Assembly (NCBI RefSeq): GCF_963506605.1
Contig: NC_083279.1
Coordinates: 28,086,001 to 28,150,000, forward strand
DNA: 64,000 nucleotides
Direction of reading: 5' to 3'
Source: Zootoca vivipara
Lineage: Eukaryota
This document shows positions 24,823 to 37,616 of the stretch, one piece after another. The position numbers and the translations under genes were made by a program. Positions within the stretch are counted from its first letter, which is position 1. The number at the start of each line of letters is the position of its first letter. The notes under the pieces were generated by a model. It saw only the letters and a list, made by a program, of their open reading frames with translations, was not told the DNA's origin and did no database searches.

Positions 24823-26008
24823 TAGATGATTGTAAGCCACCTGAAATCAAACAGCAGTGTAGTAGTATTTAGTTGTAAATAAATGAAACGTACAAATGCC
24901 CCCAGAACTTCCGGTTTGCTGCGGAGGCAATGGCGGCACGCTCTGTGTCGTCCGCTTAAGGGATGACAGTTCTAGCTGTAAGGGCTCTTGGGGGTGCGTG
25001 CAAGTGGGGGGGGGTCTAAGGGTCCAGCGGAGTGCGACCCACATCTACCCATCACCGTTCTGCGAAGGGAGAAGGGGAAGAGGCTGGAGCTTCACCGTAC
25101 CCTTCAGCTGAAGGCACATGCCGTCACCGTAAGCAGCGAATTTTCTGATTAGAGGTAAAGACCAAATTAAAGCTTTAAAGAAGAAATTGGGCCTAAATTA
25201 ATTAAGTCAGCTTCCATTTTCTGCGGACAGGCTCAGCAAAGGGGATTTTTGTGTGAATGGGAGCAGAGCACAGTAGTAGCAGCTAATGGAGACAATTTAG
25301 CAACTTTGAATATAAGAGACTTCCCTTCTTTTGGATACATATTGGATACAATTCTGTTTGGTTATTTGTCAATAGAGCAACTTTGAAATACAAGTTGACA
25401 GCTGAGCAGAGATACAATTTGACAGACTGAGTGATACCTGGCAGAGCAGCAAACAAAAAACAAAACAAAAAACCCTCCTGTTTAAAGTGAGGCTTGGAAA
25501 TACAGGAATTAAAACTTTAAACCCTAGAATTTGGAGGCACAAACCGAAGCTAGCAGGACAATTCTCCACCTATTTTGGGGGAGGAATGTCCCAGGAAGGG
25601 AAAAGACCCTGGAACAGCTAGAGCTGGGTTGGATTAAAAGTGTTTACGGAAGACCGGGGTTTTATTGCAATATTATCTGCCAGCAAGCAACTTTCCAACA
25701 TTATCTGGCACTTTTGGAAACATATCTCTTGAAATTCCTAATTTGGAAATTGGACTGCAACATATTAAAACATATTGGATTGCAAATATCTTGGATTGCA
25801 TTGGATTACAATTAGAAATTCCAGATTATCTCTCATTCGCCGTGACCATGGGTGCCTGGGGTCATGGGTGTCATGCAGCATGCATGGCCCTTGCATCCAA
25901 ATTTGTGGGTGCCTAGCACCTTCATAGGGAATTTTGTGGGTGTTCGAGCACCCAGGGCCCCAGGGAGTTGGCACCCATGAAATATACACAGTGCTCTTCC
26001 AAATGTAG

Positions 26009-26011
<3 letters not shown>

Positions 26012-26071
<60 letters not shown>
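26012..26071. repeat. (TC)n(TG)n compound microsatellite
   Basis: Direct reading. Confidence 0.95.
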
Positions 26072-26073
<2 letters not shown>

Positions 26074-28899
26074 CAATTCTTAAGGCCTAGCACCTACCAA
26101 TTCAGCACTGACTCTTGAAGATTAAACAACAATTTCAAACATGATTTTTTATATATATATTTTTAAAAGGTTCTTGAATTCTGGAATACTCGCATTTATT
26201 CTGCACCCACTGTGTTCCAACTGCTGGTTTGGGAAGCAGCTAACAGGCGGTGTTAGCCACAATCCATATCTATGCTGTATTGATCACTGACTTTCGGGAA
26301 AGCACTCTTGCATTAATAGTTTGGAAGCAGAAAGTCCTTTACCCCAAATTAACGGATGTACGGAATGTGCAGCACGGCATCAGGATTGCAACCACCAGGC
26401 TCAGCTCCCTTCCACACACATTGCCTAAACCTCACCCAGCTTATCTACAATGGTTGAATATCACATGTAAGTGGCACCTCTGCACATAGAATCCAGCATG
26501 CCCAGGCCAAATAATACAGTCACATAGTGATGTGAGTACCTAACCCATGCTAAGTTGACATTCTTCCTTACATCCAACACGTGCAGACAAATCAGAACCC
26601 AGGATGGATAGACCAAATCCAACTGTCATATTCAGCAACATCAGAAAATAGTTGCACAAACTTTACAAAGGAGTTACAGGAAATTATAGCTTTGCACTTA
26701 GCCTTGGACCTTAATTTAACTATTTGTGTTGTTTATTCCGTCAGCAGTTGATTTATTAATGCCTGGAAAAAGATATCCGGCATTCCATAAAGCACACACA
26801 GTGCTTTGCTAAATAAGCCAGAAGCAGACATTCGTTTTAGAAAGGTGATGCTTAAAAGTAAACTAAGACCCCCCGCATACACAGTTTCAATTAATATTAT
26901 TAAAATGAATATCACTATCAAGTGAGTCACTAGTTTGTTTTTAATTTTTAAGCCTTTATTAACATTATTAGCAGGTCACTTGCGACAAAAAAGTGAAGAG
27001 CAATAAACCACCGCAATTTTAACGCTTTTACTTCAATTCTGGATAAAAGCTAGCATAATCGAATTTTAGAATTGGAAGTAAGAACATTCATAATAAGAAT
27101 GCAACTCACAATAGACTCCCATACTACTTTCACCTTTTTACCCTGGCCTTTGTCACTCCAAATATATATCCTGACTGCAAACTGTTTTAACAGATTATAA
27201 AAAATAAATAAGTACTGTCGTAACCTGGAACCTTATGGTTTAGGACAAATGAGAAATCCAATAAAAACCATTCTGCTTCTGATAATCATTGATTTAGCAA
27301 CCAGAACTTCAGAATGTCCAACACACAATATCCATGTTGGCCACATTCACAATCTATGCAGGCCACATTCAAGAGAAAGGCAAGCCATAGTTCAACTGGT
27401 TCCTCTCCAGGTGTAGGAGTGGTCAAAACCAAGGCAAGAGAAAGTTAACAGGGAAAGTTCACTCAGCACCTCATAGTTACCATCATCCAGAAAATATGCA
27501 GTAAAGTCAACAATGTCCCATTTACACATTGCACCAAAATAGCAAACAAGTACTTTAACTCTGTGAGAAACATGAAGGAACAAAAGAAGCCAAGGCTCAC
27601 TTAACACCGGGACCAGAGAGAATGTAATGGCATGCTTGAATTTTCAATCATTTATGAACTTTAAATGTACTGCCAAAGCATCACCCATGAATCACTTAAG
27701 AGTTCTTGGCGAAGACTTAACATGCTAGCCATCAAGGATGAGAATCACTTGGCTCTTGTTGGGGAAGGGTGGATTTAAATTGCCCACACCCACAAGTTGT
27801 CATACTCAGAAGAGACCCACTGAAATCAATGGATTTAGGTTAAGATGTGAATTGCATCAGATGTGCTAAACTTTTGGGCCTCCAAATGTTGCTGAGGTAC
27901 AACTCCCAACATCCCAGGCCATTGGGCATTCTTGCCGGGACTGATGGGAGTTGTGCTTCAGCAACATCTGGAAGGCAAATAGTTTCCAGCACATGACTTT
28001 GAAGGATACAATCCAATGGGTGGTACTCAAGTGATTTTAACTAGGAGTAGACCCATGGAAATTAATCAACCTTGGTCTTGTGCATTAATTTCAATGAGTC
28101 CATTCTGAGCTGGTTGAATACCATCCTATGTTTTTAACTCTATGTGAAGCTGCCTCCCTCCCCAAATTACTGGACCAAACCTATGGAGTCAGCTGCATTT
28201 GGAATAGACAGAAATAAGTTACACATCATATGCCAAATACTGCCATTTCCAAAGACAGGCCTTGCATTGGGGGAGATCAGTGAGTATTCATAAAGCTAGG
28301 AGAATTAAATATTCCATTTGGAGATGGGTTGTTGCCAACGGAGTCTAACAGGTAAAGGTGGAATTTAAAAAACTGAGATTACTGTAGCTGGTGCTTTCCC
28401 TCTCTCTGAAAATCACAGGGACTAGCAACTTGTTAAAAGCGATCCCTTGATTCTATAGATAGAAGGTGCTCCTTTGAAAAGGAGGTATCTTGCCTGCTGT
28501 CCTTTTGCCCACTTTAGTGAAAAATCTGAAAAATCCTCAAAGGGGTAAAAAACTGTAGTTTGTTCAAAGTAGAGAACTTGAGAGGATATTAGCAGGTTCC
28601 AGTCGGAAACCAGATTAGGTTTCTAACCTGTTTGGATCCTGCTGGATTCTTCCGTGTTTCTAAATCCACTCAGGTCAACTTCATAAAGGGCCTCTGAAGC
28701 CCATTTCAGAAAAGTGTCCGTCAAGGCAGGCTGCTGAAAAAAAGAGAAACAGCTCTCCACCCATTCAAGACTGGCAGCAACCTGCCTAAAGGAGACGCCT
28801 CTGCAGAGGGATGGCTTCTCTGTGTGTGTGCTTGTCAGGGCTGCTCAGAAAGGATTGCAGCTGAAGCAAGCTCCCTTTCCCTTTCTCCACCTGCTGATT

Positions 28900-29650
28900 T
28901 GCCCCCTTCAAAGGCGCAAGGAAAGGCAACGGCGAAGCTCGCAGCGGAGGCGAGAGGAACCCGGCCGGTCTCCTCCGCCGCGACCCTTGGAAGAGGCACC
29001 ATAGCTGCCAAGTTATCCCTTTTTTACAGGGATTTTCCCTTATGCTGAATAGGCTTCCTCGCGAGAAAAGCGAAAACTTGGCAGCTATGAAGAGGCACCC
29101 AAGAGGCTCGCTCGCCGCCTATTGCAGGACCTGCTGCTCCCTCACGCCCCGGGCCAGCCTGTCTTCGCGGGCAAGGAGAGGCAGCGCTGCCGGGTCCAAA
29201 GCGTGACTCACCCGCCGGTGCCGGGAACTTGCCTCAACTCTTCCCCCCGCGTGCTCATCTTGCGCTCGAGAAAGAGCCACGCAAGACGGCTGCGCCTAAT
29301 CCTCACACAGAGGCAAGGCGGCGGCGAGCTGCCCCCCCCCTCCCTCGCGGACTCTCAATCCCTCAGCAGCCGACCCAGACCCGCGCGCCCTGCGCCAGCC
29401 CCAGCGCTTTCTCCTCACCTGGACTCGCCCGGCCGGCAGCTTCGCCACGACTCGCCCCAGGCACCGAGGGCCGAGGGGAGCTCCGCCCCTGCCCGTTAAG
29501 GCGAAGCCCGCCCCTTGGCGGCCCTGGACGCTTGGGCGGGACGGAGGAGGCGGTGAGCCGCCGCTGCCAGGAGCGCTGGGGCTGCTCTGAATCACCGAGG
29601 AGGGAAGAAGCAGCAGCGCGGAATCATGGATTCGGATCCCGGCCGCTGTG
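28900..29650 (-). promoter_or_regulatory. CpG island / probable main IL1R1 promoter and non-coding first exon
   Basis: The main CpG-rich stretch in the window. GC boxes (CCCGCCC, GGGCGGG) near 29507-29540; minus-strand donors AG|GTGAGG (exon end 29419) and GG|GTGAGT (exon end 29212); AP-1 site TGACTCA at 29204-29210. Confidence 0.7.
29000..29089. mobile_element. 90-bp MITE inside the IL1R1 CpG island
   Basis: TIR CATAGCTGCCAAGTT / AACTTGGCAGCTATG; 9-bp direct repeat AAGAGGCAC. Confidence 0.8.
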
Positions 29651-30019
29651 GTTCAGGGAACATAAACCACAAAAAACGCAACCTGCTAAGAAAATTACAT
29701 GCAATGTCTAATTTATCTCCACATAGGGATAAAACAACAGTTTTTTGTGGTTTATGCTTGAACTGTACATGACCTAGGTTCTTTTGGTGGTGGTTCAGGG
29801 AACAAGCCGAGACTCGCGAGCCTGGCTCCTCAGAAATCAGCCCTGGGCGAGGATAAGAAGAAAAATTACTATTATGTATTGAATTTGTGTACCGCCTTTT
29901 CATCCGTACCTCTCAGGGCGGCTCACAACATCAACATGACAATATGAAAGACACAATAAAAATAAGAACGAAAATAAACCAATAATCTCCCCCCCCCCCA
30001 CACACACACACACAACATA

Positions 30020-30151
30020 CCCTGTATAGCTGGTTAGAGCGTGGTGCTGATAACCCCAAGGCTGCAGGTTTGATCCCCCATATGGGGCAGCTGCATATTT
30101 CTGCATTGCAGGGAGTTGATCCACAGGGTCCCTTCCAAGTCTGCGATTCTA
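30020..30151 (+). mobile_element. tRNA-derived SINE with CR1-like tail (Squam3-like)
   Basis: TAGCTGGTTAGAGC A box, GGTTTGATCCC B box, GGTCCCTTCCAA...GATTCTAT tail. Confidence 0.65.
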
Positions 30152-30386
30152 TATTTCAAGTGTCCACCAGCCCAAGGCCCAGGTTGAAGAAAAACGTTTT
30201 CACCTACCGCCTAAAGGGGTATAATGAAGGCACCAGCGAAACATCCCTGGGGAGAGCATAACTACATTCTGAAGACTCCTTTAACTGGATGGCACTTTTA
30301 ATAAAAACTGGCACCATTCAAAGTGCTGGGTTTGACCTATAAAGTCTTTTGTGGCTCAGGACCCCAACTCTCCAAGGACTGACTCT

Positions 30387-30736
30387 ACCAAGCTTAAAAC
30401 CATGGAGCCACCTGGGATGAACAAAGACATTGGATTCTTATCTCATTATGCATGATCAAGCTTTCTTTAACGCCTCAGCCCTTGCTTTTTCCCCGCAGGA
30501 CCAATTGCAGTCATCAGCAGTCGTTAACAGCCATCTACAGGTTTACCACTCCCATCAGCCCATCACCCATTCCCACCCCCCCACCACCACCACCCTCTGT
30601 ATATACATAAGGGTCTGACTCTTCTGTTTCAAGTGTATCTGAAGAAGTGTGCATGCACACGAAAGCTCATACCAAAATAAAAACTTAGTTGGTCTTTAAG
30701 GTGCTACTGAAGGAATATTTTTATTTTGCTTTGACT
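30387..30736 (+). mobile_element. 5'-truncated Penelope-like element: ORF C-terminus, 3' region and hammerhead
   Basis: 30387-30455 reads TKLKTMEPPGMNKDIGFLSHYA*, like the GxN-containing end of the Penelope GIY-YIG endonuclease; hammerhead at 30635-30672; flanked by TGACTCT on both sides, inside an L2 fragment. Confidence 0.8.
30635..30672 (+). ncRNA. Minimal type I hammerhead ribozyme (Penelope-type)
   Basis: Same 38-nt motif as 14289-14326. Confidence 0.75.
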
Positions 30737-30807
30737 CTCCCCATGTGAGCCCATCTGGAAACTGCAATCATCATCTGAGGGCCCTTCTTTGAGCAAGAGG
30801 TCTGAAG

Positions 30808-30944
30808 CAGGCATCCCCCAAACTTCGGTCCTCCAGATGTTTTGGACTACAATTCCCATCATCCCTGACCACTGGTCCTGTTAGCTAGGGATCATGGGAG
30901 TTGTGGGCGAAAACATCTGGAGGGCCACAGTTTGGGGATGCCTG
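30808..30944. mobile_element. ~136-bp hAT-type MITE
   Basis: Same family, inside an L2 fragment. Confidence 0.85.
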
Positions 30945-31371
30945 TTCTGGAGGATAGCAGCAAGAGAAGGGGCCTTTTCAGTGGTGGCTCCCTGTTTACA
31001 GGATGAGTGCCTGTGCTTTTTTTTTCTGGGGGCACTCAGGGGTACGCAGGACCAGCACCTCCCCCCCAAAAAAATATTAAAAGTATGGCGCTTACTGTAA
31101 AAACTTCATGGTGAATACCGGCACTTTTTAAAAACTTTTTTTAAAAAAGCACTGCTTGGTGCCATAATTACGTATCTTCTAGGGAAGATGATTCATTCAT
31201 TCCATCAGGCTTTGGCTTTTAATTATAGCCTTTTTGTGGGGTTGGGCTGTTTTGATCTACCTTTTTAAAAAATAGAATTTTCTTTCATTCGTTTTTTAAA
31301 TGCTGGATTCCATGTTTGGTTTTTGCTTAAAATATTATAAGTTGCTTTGAGCTGCCATGCAAAAAAGCGAC

Positions 31372-31372
<1 letters not shown>

Positions 31373-31410
<38 letters not shown>
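31373..31410. repeat. (AAT)n microsatellite
   Basis: Direct reading. Confidence 0.95.
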
Positions 31411-31411
<1 letters not shown>

Positions 31412-33149
31412 AGTACATGCAAACAAATTGGGCCCTTAGCAAGCCCCATTTTCTTGGCTGAAGCAGGCAAAACAATCACAACCAGACTGTACTGTTAGTT
31501 ATAGTTTTTTATTTGTGTCGCCTAACCAGGGCTGGCCTTGGGGTGGGTGAACTAGGTGGTTGTCTGGGTTGTGGGGGCACCAAGTTGAATTCAGAGGCTG
31601 TGTTTTTATTTATCCTAGGGTCAGCCCTGCATGTACTTCTCAGGTACTCCCAGCTACATGCAAACAAGTAGTTCTCACCAAAAAATAAAGCAAACAGGCA
31701 AAGCACCATGCTAAAATGTGACACTAGCGTTTTACAATCTACAGTATACACATTTTATGGGAATCAGTGGGTGTTATTCCTAAGTAAATATGCATAATGG
31801 GAACAGCTGTACAGCTTGTCCCTTGACCCTTTTTTGGAGGCTTGGACATATTTACCCTGTGAAGTAATAAATAAACAAAACGAGAGGTTATAATATGGGA
31901 GTCTGAGCTGAACGTCTTGTACCCTTTATTCCCCCATGTTTTTCTCAAACTGGATACTCACCCAAAATCTGGTTAAATTGATATAATATGCTTCAGAATC
32001 CAGTTTACAGTGGCAGGAATCAGCATCTTAGAATGTGCTAAATGCCTTTCTCATCCAGATTGAGTAATGACAGGCAGTTGTTGCCACACTGGTGGTTTCT
32101 AACTTAACAAAATGAAGTTTTCAGCAAGAGCTTGAACTTTCCCCCAGCATGGTACAGGATTAAGCAAAGTGTTCAGCATGTGGCATGCAGGGTTCCAGGA
32201 AAACACTAATTTGCTTTAAGAAGAACATGGAGAAAAATAATATTTGCTGAACACTTGAGACAACTGTGTTTCGTTGCCACAGGCATTCCCAGTTTATTTA
32301 ACTGCTATGTAACTGTCTAGTTTGGGACAGTCAATTTGTATAGAATATACAATGTAGAGCTTAATGAATGCTATGAGGGGTTTTTTCTTTCAAACTGAAG
32401 TACGGCCCAAGATCCTATGTGCTTGGCTGGGAATCATGCACTATGATGCTGTGATAAATATTTTTTTTCCAGAGGGGAATCCACAAGCAGCTAAAAGCAG
32501 GGGCAGATCTACACTCATGGTTTTTAGCATCAAGGAAGGGTTAAGGAATGGTTTTGATAGTGTAGATTGGGGTAGTCAACCTTTTTATACCTACCACCCA
32601 CTAATGCAACTTTATTGATGGTAAGATTTCCTTACCGCCCACCAATGCTGCAGTAACATGTGCCATAGAACCCCCTACTGCCCACCTGTAATCCTGGAAT
32701 GCCCACTAGGGGGCGGTAGGGACCAGGTTGACTACCCCTGTAGACGGACACATGACATCCTACTTTTTACATTCATAATGCATTATTACCTTGTCTTTTT
32801 ATCACTTAATTTTTAATCATTTTATGCTGCCATATAGGTGAAACACTGCTCATATGTCCCTATGTAGTGTTTTGCCTTCTTTTTTACTGCATTAAAATTC
32901 TGATCCCTCCTCCAATGGTATTCAAGGGACAGTGTTCAGTTTCTCCTCCTGTTTTTTGTGTTGTTTGTGTTGTTGCTGTTTTTGCTTTTTCCATCCTAGC
33001 AGGGAAAGAAACAGCATTTTGGAAAATGGTGTGGCCGAGTATTACTTACATTTAACCCCCCCCCCCCAAAGCCAAGGCAATTAACAGGTATGCCCTGTGG
33101 CATTTTAGAAACGACATATCTATATCTTTCCCTCATTGCGAGAAGCCAA

Positions 33150-33376
33150 GTTACAGGGAACCAGGCAGAGGGCCTTCTTGGTAGTGGCACCTGCCCTGTG
33201 GAATGCCCTCCCACCAGATGTCAAAGAGAAAAACAACTACCAGATTTTTAGAAGACATCTGAAGGCAGCCCTACTTAGGGAAGCTTTTAATGTTTAATAG
33301 ATTATTGTATTTTAACATTCTGTTGGAAGCTGCCCAGAGTAGCTGGGGAAACTCATCCAGATGGGCGGGGTATAAA

Positions 33377-33424
<48 letters not shown>
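33150..33424 (+). mobile_element. L2 3' end with (ATT)n tail
   Basis: Matches 44625-44845. Confidence 0.85.
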
Positions 33425-33425
<1 letters not shown>

Positions 33426-35701
33426 TCTAACAGGGGGAAATAATGTTAAACAGGTCAGTGTAGATCCAGCCCTGGTGAGTTTCACAGATCAAGGTACTGA
33501 AACCAGTTGAATGGCAAGTTTACAGGTTAATTCCCAGCTAATCTGCCATCTAGGCATCTCCACCTAAAGAAGGATAAGCCCTCTAGAGCAAGGGTAGCAC
33601 CTGTTGCATCCTTCAGGTATTGTTGGACTATGACTCCCATCAGCATGACTGGTGGTGAGGGATGGTGCAGGTTGTAGTTCAGCAACATCTCGTTGTCTAT
33701 CCCTGCTCTACATAGTCTAGACGTTACTGGACTAGCCAACTAATTACTTTGTCCCCATCCAACTCCCTGCTCAGTTGTACAAGGACGAAACTGAGACTAC
33801 AGAGGAGGAAGCAGGCAGTCAGGGCTGGTTTTAAGTAAGAATGCAGGCTGGTGGTCTTGGAGGAATCAAGACTGAGGTTTGTAGAACAATATCCCATTTG
33901 CCCTAATGGACCAGCCTCCACAGGAATTGCATACCTGAAATCCTGGAAAGCCACACTGGGGAAGCTGAGCTAAGTGCTATTTGTTAATTGGAAAGGTGGC
34001 CTGTCCGTTGTTCAGACACACACACGCAGTGGAAATTGTGGTAGCATTACTAGACTTCAAAGTATCTAGCTGTGCTGCATCACTTGGCTTGATTCTGCAG
34101 CGAGAATGATAAACAGATGGTTTAAAAAATGATCCCAGGAAATCAAGATTTGGCACAGACTGAGATGTAGCCTATTAGAAAGTAATTTCACAATACTCTT
34201 AATTAGTCCATAGCATTATTTAAAAGGTTGTGTGATAGCTAGTCATGTCCCAGATGTTTTTCTTGTGACCTTTATTCACTGAAGTAGAAATAGGCATATG
34301 GTTTTCTTACAGACGTACTATAAACTACCAGTCCTATGCAGTTTCCTCACTGGCTTCTAGATTAATCTTATGCAGCTCTTAAATGATTGTGTTGGTGGTC
34401 ATGGCAGTGCTATAGGTGAAGCATTCAACAATATATTAGTTTGAAGTCAATGATTCATCTGCTTTTTTCAGTTCAATAATTTTTATAAATCACCTTATTA
34501 TCAAGGCTCTACATGGAGGTTTTCCATGAAAAGGGACCCATCATGTTTTAGTTTCACGTGCCCCCCAAACAAATGTATTTTTCAGGTTCTCCAGGCATGT
34601 TAGTAGTATGAGAACATAGATCCTTCTCACTCACTACATGAATATTTGCAGAAGATGACTAAAATGATGTAATGTTAATTACCTAGTCCTCAGTTTCACA
34701 ACAAATCAGCAAGACATATCAAGTAGATAAGAAAGTATACGGTCTGATCAAAAAGGCTATATTACTTTCACAGTGTCTTTGTCTATGCCCTTAAGCATAG
34801 AATGAGAGCTTAGACTTTAAGGTAAAAAACTACTCCATTGTGGGGGAAGTTGCTGTAACAGTGAATTTAATATAAATTAAAGAAACCCCATTCCTGCCTC
34901 TCTCTCAGTGAACTATAAAAATATGGGGATGGGACTGATCTCCCCCCTCCCCCTACATCGCGCTTCAACCCATGCTATTAATATATGAAGATGTAGTAAA
35001 TTGACTCCTAGAAATATAGCATATAAAGATGAAAACATCAAGCAAAGTAGTAGGCATGATGATACTTGTAATATTATATGTATCTGTCTTTGTTGAGCTG
35101 GTCTTGGTGGGTGTCCTTTGTCTGGTCTGCCTGGCTTTTCATTCAGAGCTGGTCTCCTCAGTGAAGTTCAACCGCCATTTTGTCACTCCCGAGCAATGTG
35201 TCAATGTGAAGGTCCCGCTTCTCCTTCTCTTCATTCTTCAACAACTTGGGTAGCTTCAGGGGGTCCCAAGCCACATGCTGTTGAAATCATGGGGGCTCCC
35301 TCATTCTAGAGTGAGTGGTACCATTTCAGACAACAAATAAATGAAAGCGGAAGCCCCAGCAGTACTGAATTCTCGCCTTTCGCAACATGGCCATTACCAA
35401 CCTCAAAGATGATGATGATGATGATGATAATGTTGTTGTTGATGATGATGATGAACCTGGCCGCTGAATTCTGCACCTAGTCTTTTGGCTAGGATTTTGA
35501 AGTACCATTATTGGCTTTCCTTCATAAATCATTACTGGGAATTATTCTCAATTTCATAATTAATTCTCTTTTTTAATAAATTGTGAGAAGTAATGTATAT
35601 TGGAAGAGTGGTGTCTTTAGGTGTATGCATGCTGTGTGCTCGTTCAATGTGGGCACCTATTATTTCAAATCCAGGTATATCTGTCATCAACCATGGTTAT
35701 G

Positions 35702-36147
35702 GTTGTTGTTGTTGTTGTTGTTTAGTCGTGTCCGACTCTTCGTGACCCCATGGACCAGAGCATGCCAGGCACTCCTGTCTTCCACTGCCTCCCGCAGTTT
35801 GGTCAAACTCATGTTCATAGCTTCGAGAACACTGTCCAACCACCTCGTCCTCTGCCGTCCCCTTCTCCTAGTGCCCTCAATCTTTCCCAACATCAGGGTC
35901 TTTTCCAGGGAGTCTTCTCTTCTCATGAGGTGGCCAAAGTATTGGAGCCTCAGCTTCAGGATCTGTCCTTCCAGTGAGCACTCAGGGCTGATTTCCTTCA
36001 GAATGGATAGGTTTGATCTTCTTGCAGTCCATGGGACTCTCAAGAGTCTCCTCCAGCACCATAATTCAAAAGCATCAATTCTTCGACAATCAGCCTTCTT
36101 TATGGTCCAGCTCTCACTTCATACATCACTACTGGGAAAATCATGGT
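35702..36147 (-). mobile_element. RTE Bov-B LINE 3' fragment
   Basis: RVPWTARRSNLSILKEISPECSLEG...YFGHLMRR.DSLEKTLMLGKIEG; (CAA)n tail. Confidence 0.95.
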
Positions 36148-37565
36148 AACATACATTAAAGCCAAATTCTCCCAGTCTTCTGTGCCTTCCAACATCCACA
36201 AAAATGAACATTTCTTCATCTGATGAAAAGCTGCATCAGCTCCAGATTTTTCTTAATCAATTTGCTTTCTCAACATACAGTAGAAATAATAATTGCTCTG
36301 AGTTCTGAATTCCCATGTCTAGAGTTTCAGAGGTTGGTGTTGCAATGTGACCAAGATGCATGCCAAACACAGCCATCTTGGCTCCTAGAGGTTTTAACAT
36401 TGTGCTCCAGCTCTCCATGAGCTCGTGCTTAAAAATGAGCAATTGAGCCACTAATTCCTTCCTGAAGCCAGAGCTTGGCTTGATTCTGAGTTTGCCAGGC
36501 AGATCTTTGTGTTCCAGGAGCCTTCTTTTCTGGCTGCAATTTGCAATTCTGGCCTAGGCCCATCTTTTCCAGAGGATGGAAATAATCAGTAAGAGCACCA
36601 TCTTTATTTTTGGCAATGCCTGGTAACATTCCCTTCACACCTACCAAGTAATAAGAAGTGAATCAGGAGTTGTTTTTGCTGTGAAACAAATGTTTTTGCA
36701 GGAGGAAGGCAGAGCCAAGCAAATATGCAACTTGTAGCTTCACTGAGGCCGCCCCTTGTTAATAACTATTTTAAACAAAGTATAAACTACTCTGTTTGAA
36801 ACAGTCCGTATTTGAAGTATTGTTCAAGAAACATTATAACTAAGTAATCAAGGACAATGAAAATGGTATTGCGGATGACCAATACTTCTCTTCTACCCCC
36901 CACCAAAATTAAATATAGACTCAGAAATCTCAGCATAAGAAGATGAGAAGAGCCTGCTGGATCAGGTCAGTGGCCCATCTAGTCCACCATCCTATTCTCA
37001 TATCAGCCAACCAGGTGCCTAAGGAAACAGAAGGCTAAGCACAACAGCACTTGTGATTCCCAAGAACTGGCACTTGGAGGCATATCAACTCCAATAGTAG
37101 TGGTAGAACCTAGTCTTTATGGCAATTGCAGATATTAAAGTATTGTGCAGCTTGAAGCAACTGGGTTCATAAAAACGGACTCCTTTTGGAATAAAACATT
37201 ATCCAGACCCATCAGATATTATTCAAAACCTTCCTTGCATAACTTTCTTCAAAACAGAACAAAACCCAATAAATGTTACATCCAAACAGTTTTACACTAT
37301 CTTGTCCAAACACATGCTCAGCATCTTATAAAAAAATAAAATAACTTATAATCAGAGCTGACAAACCTAGCTTTCTCTCACACAGGCTCCATTAGCCTGC
37401 CTGCATTCCAGCCCCAAAGACTATGCAGTTCCTGGAGAGGCACCTTACTCCCACACTGGCTGGGAACAAAAAACAACAGCCACCACCCTTCCAAGATAGT
37501 GAATTTGCAATTCAGTAGCCTCCCATATGATCTAAAGTTAAACACCTCATCAGAACACAGTAATA

Positions 37566-37568
<3 letters not shown>

Positions 37569-37616
<48 letters not shown>

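Noticed and set aside
29122-29711. GC-rich ORFs of 125 and 160 aa
   Set aside because: Expected stop-poor frames of a CpG island; low-complexity Pro/Arg/Ala content
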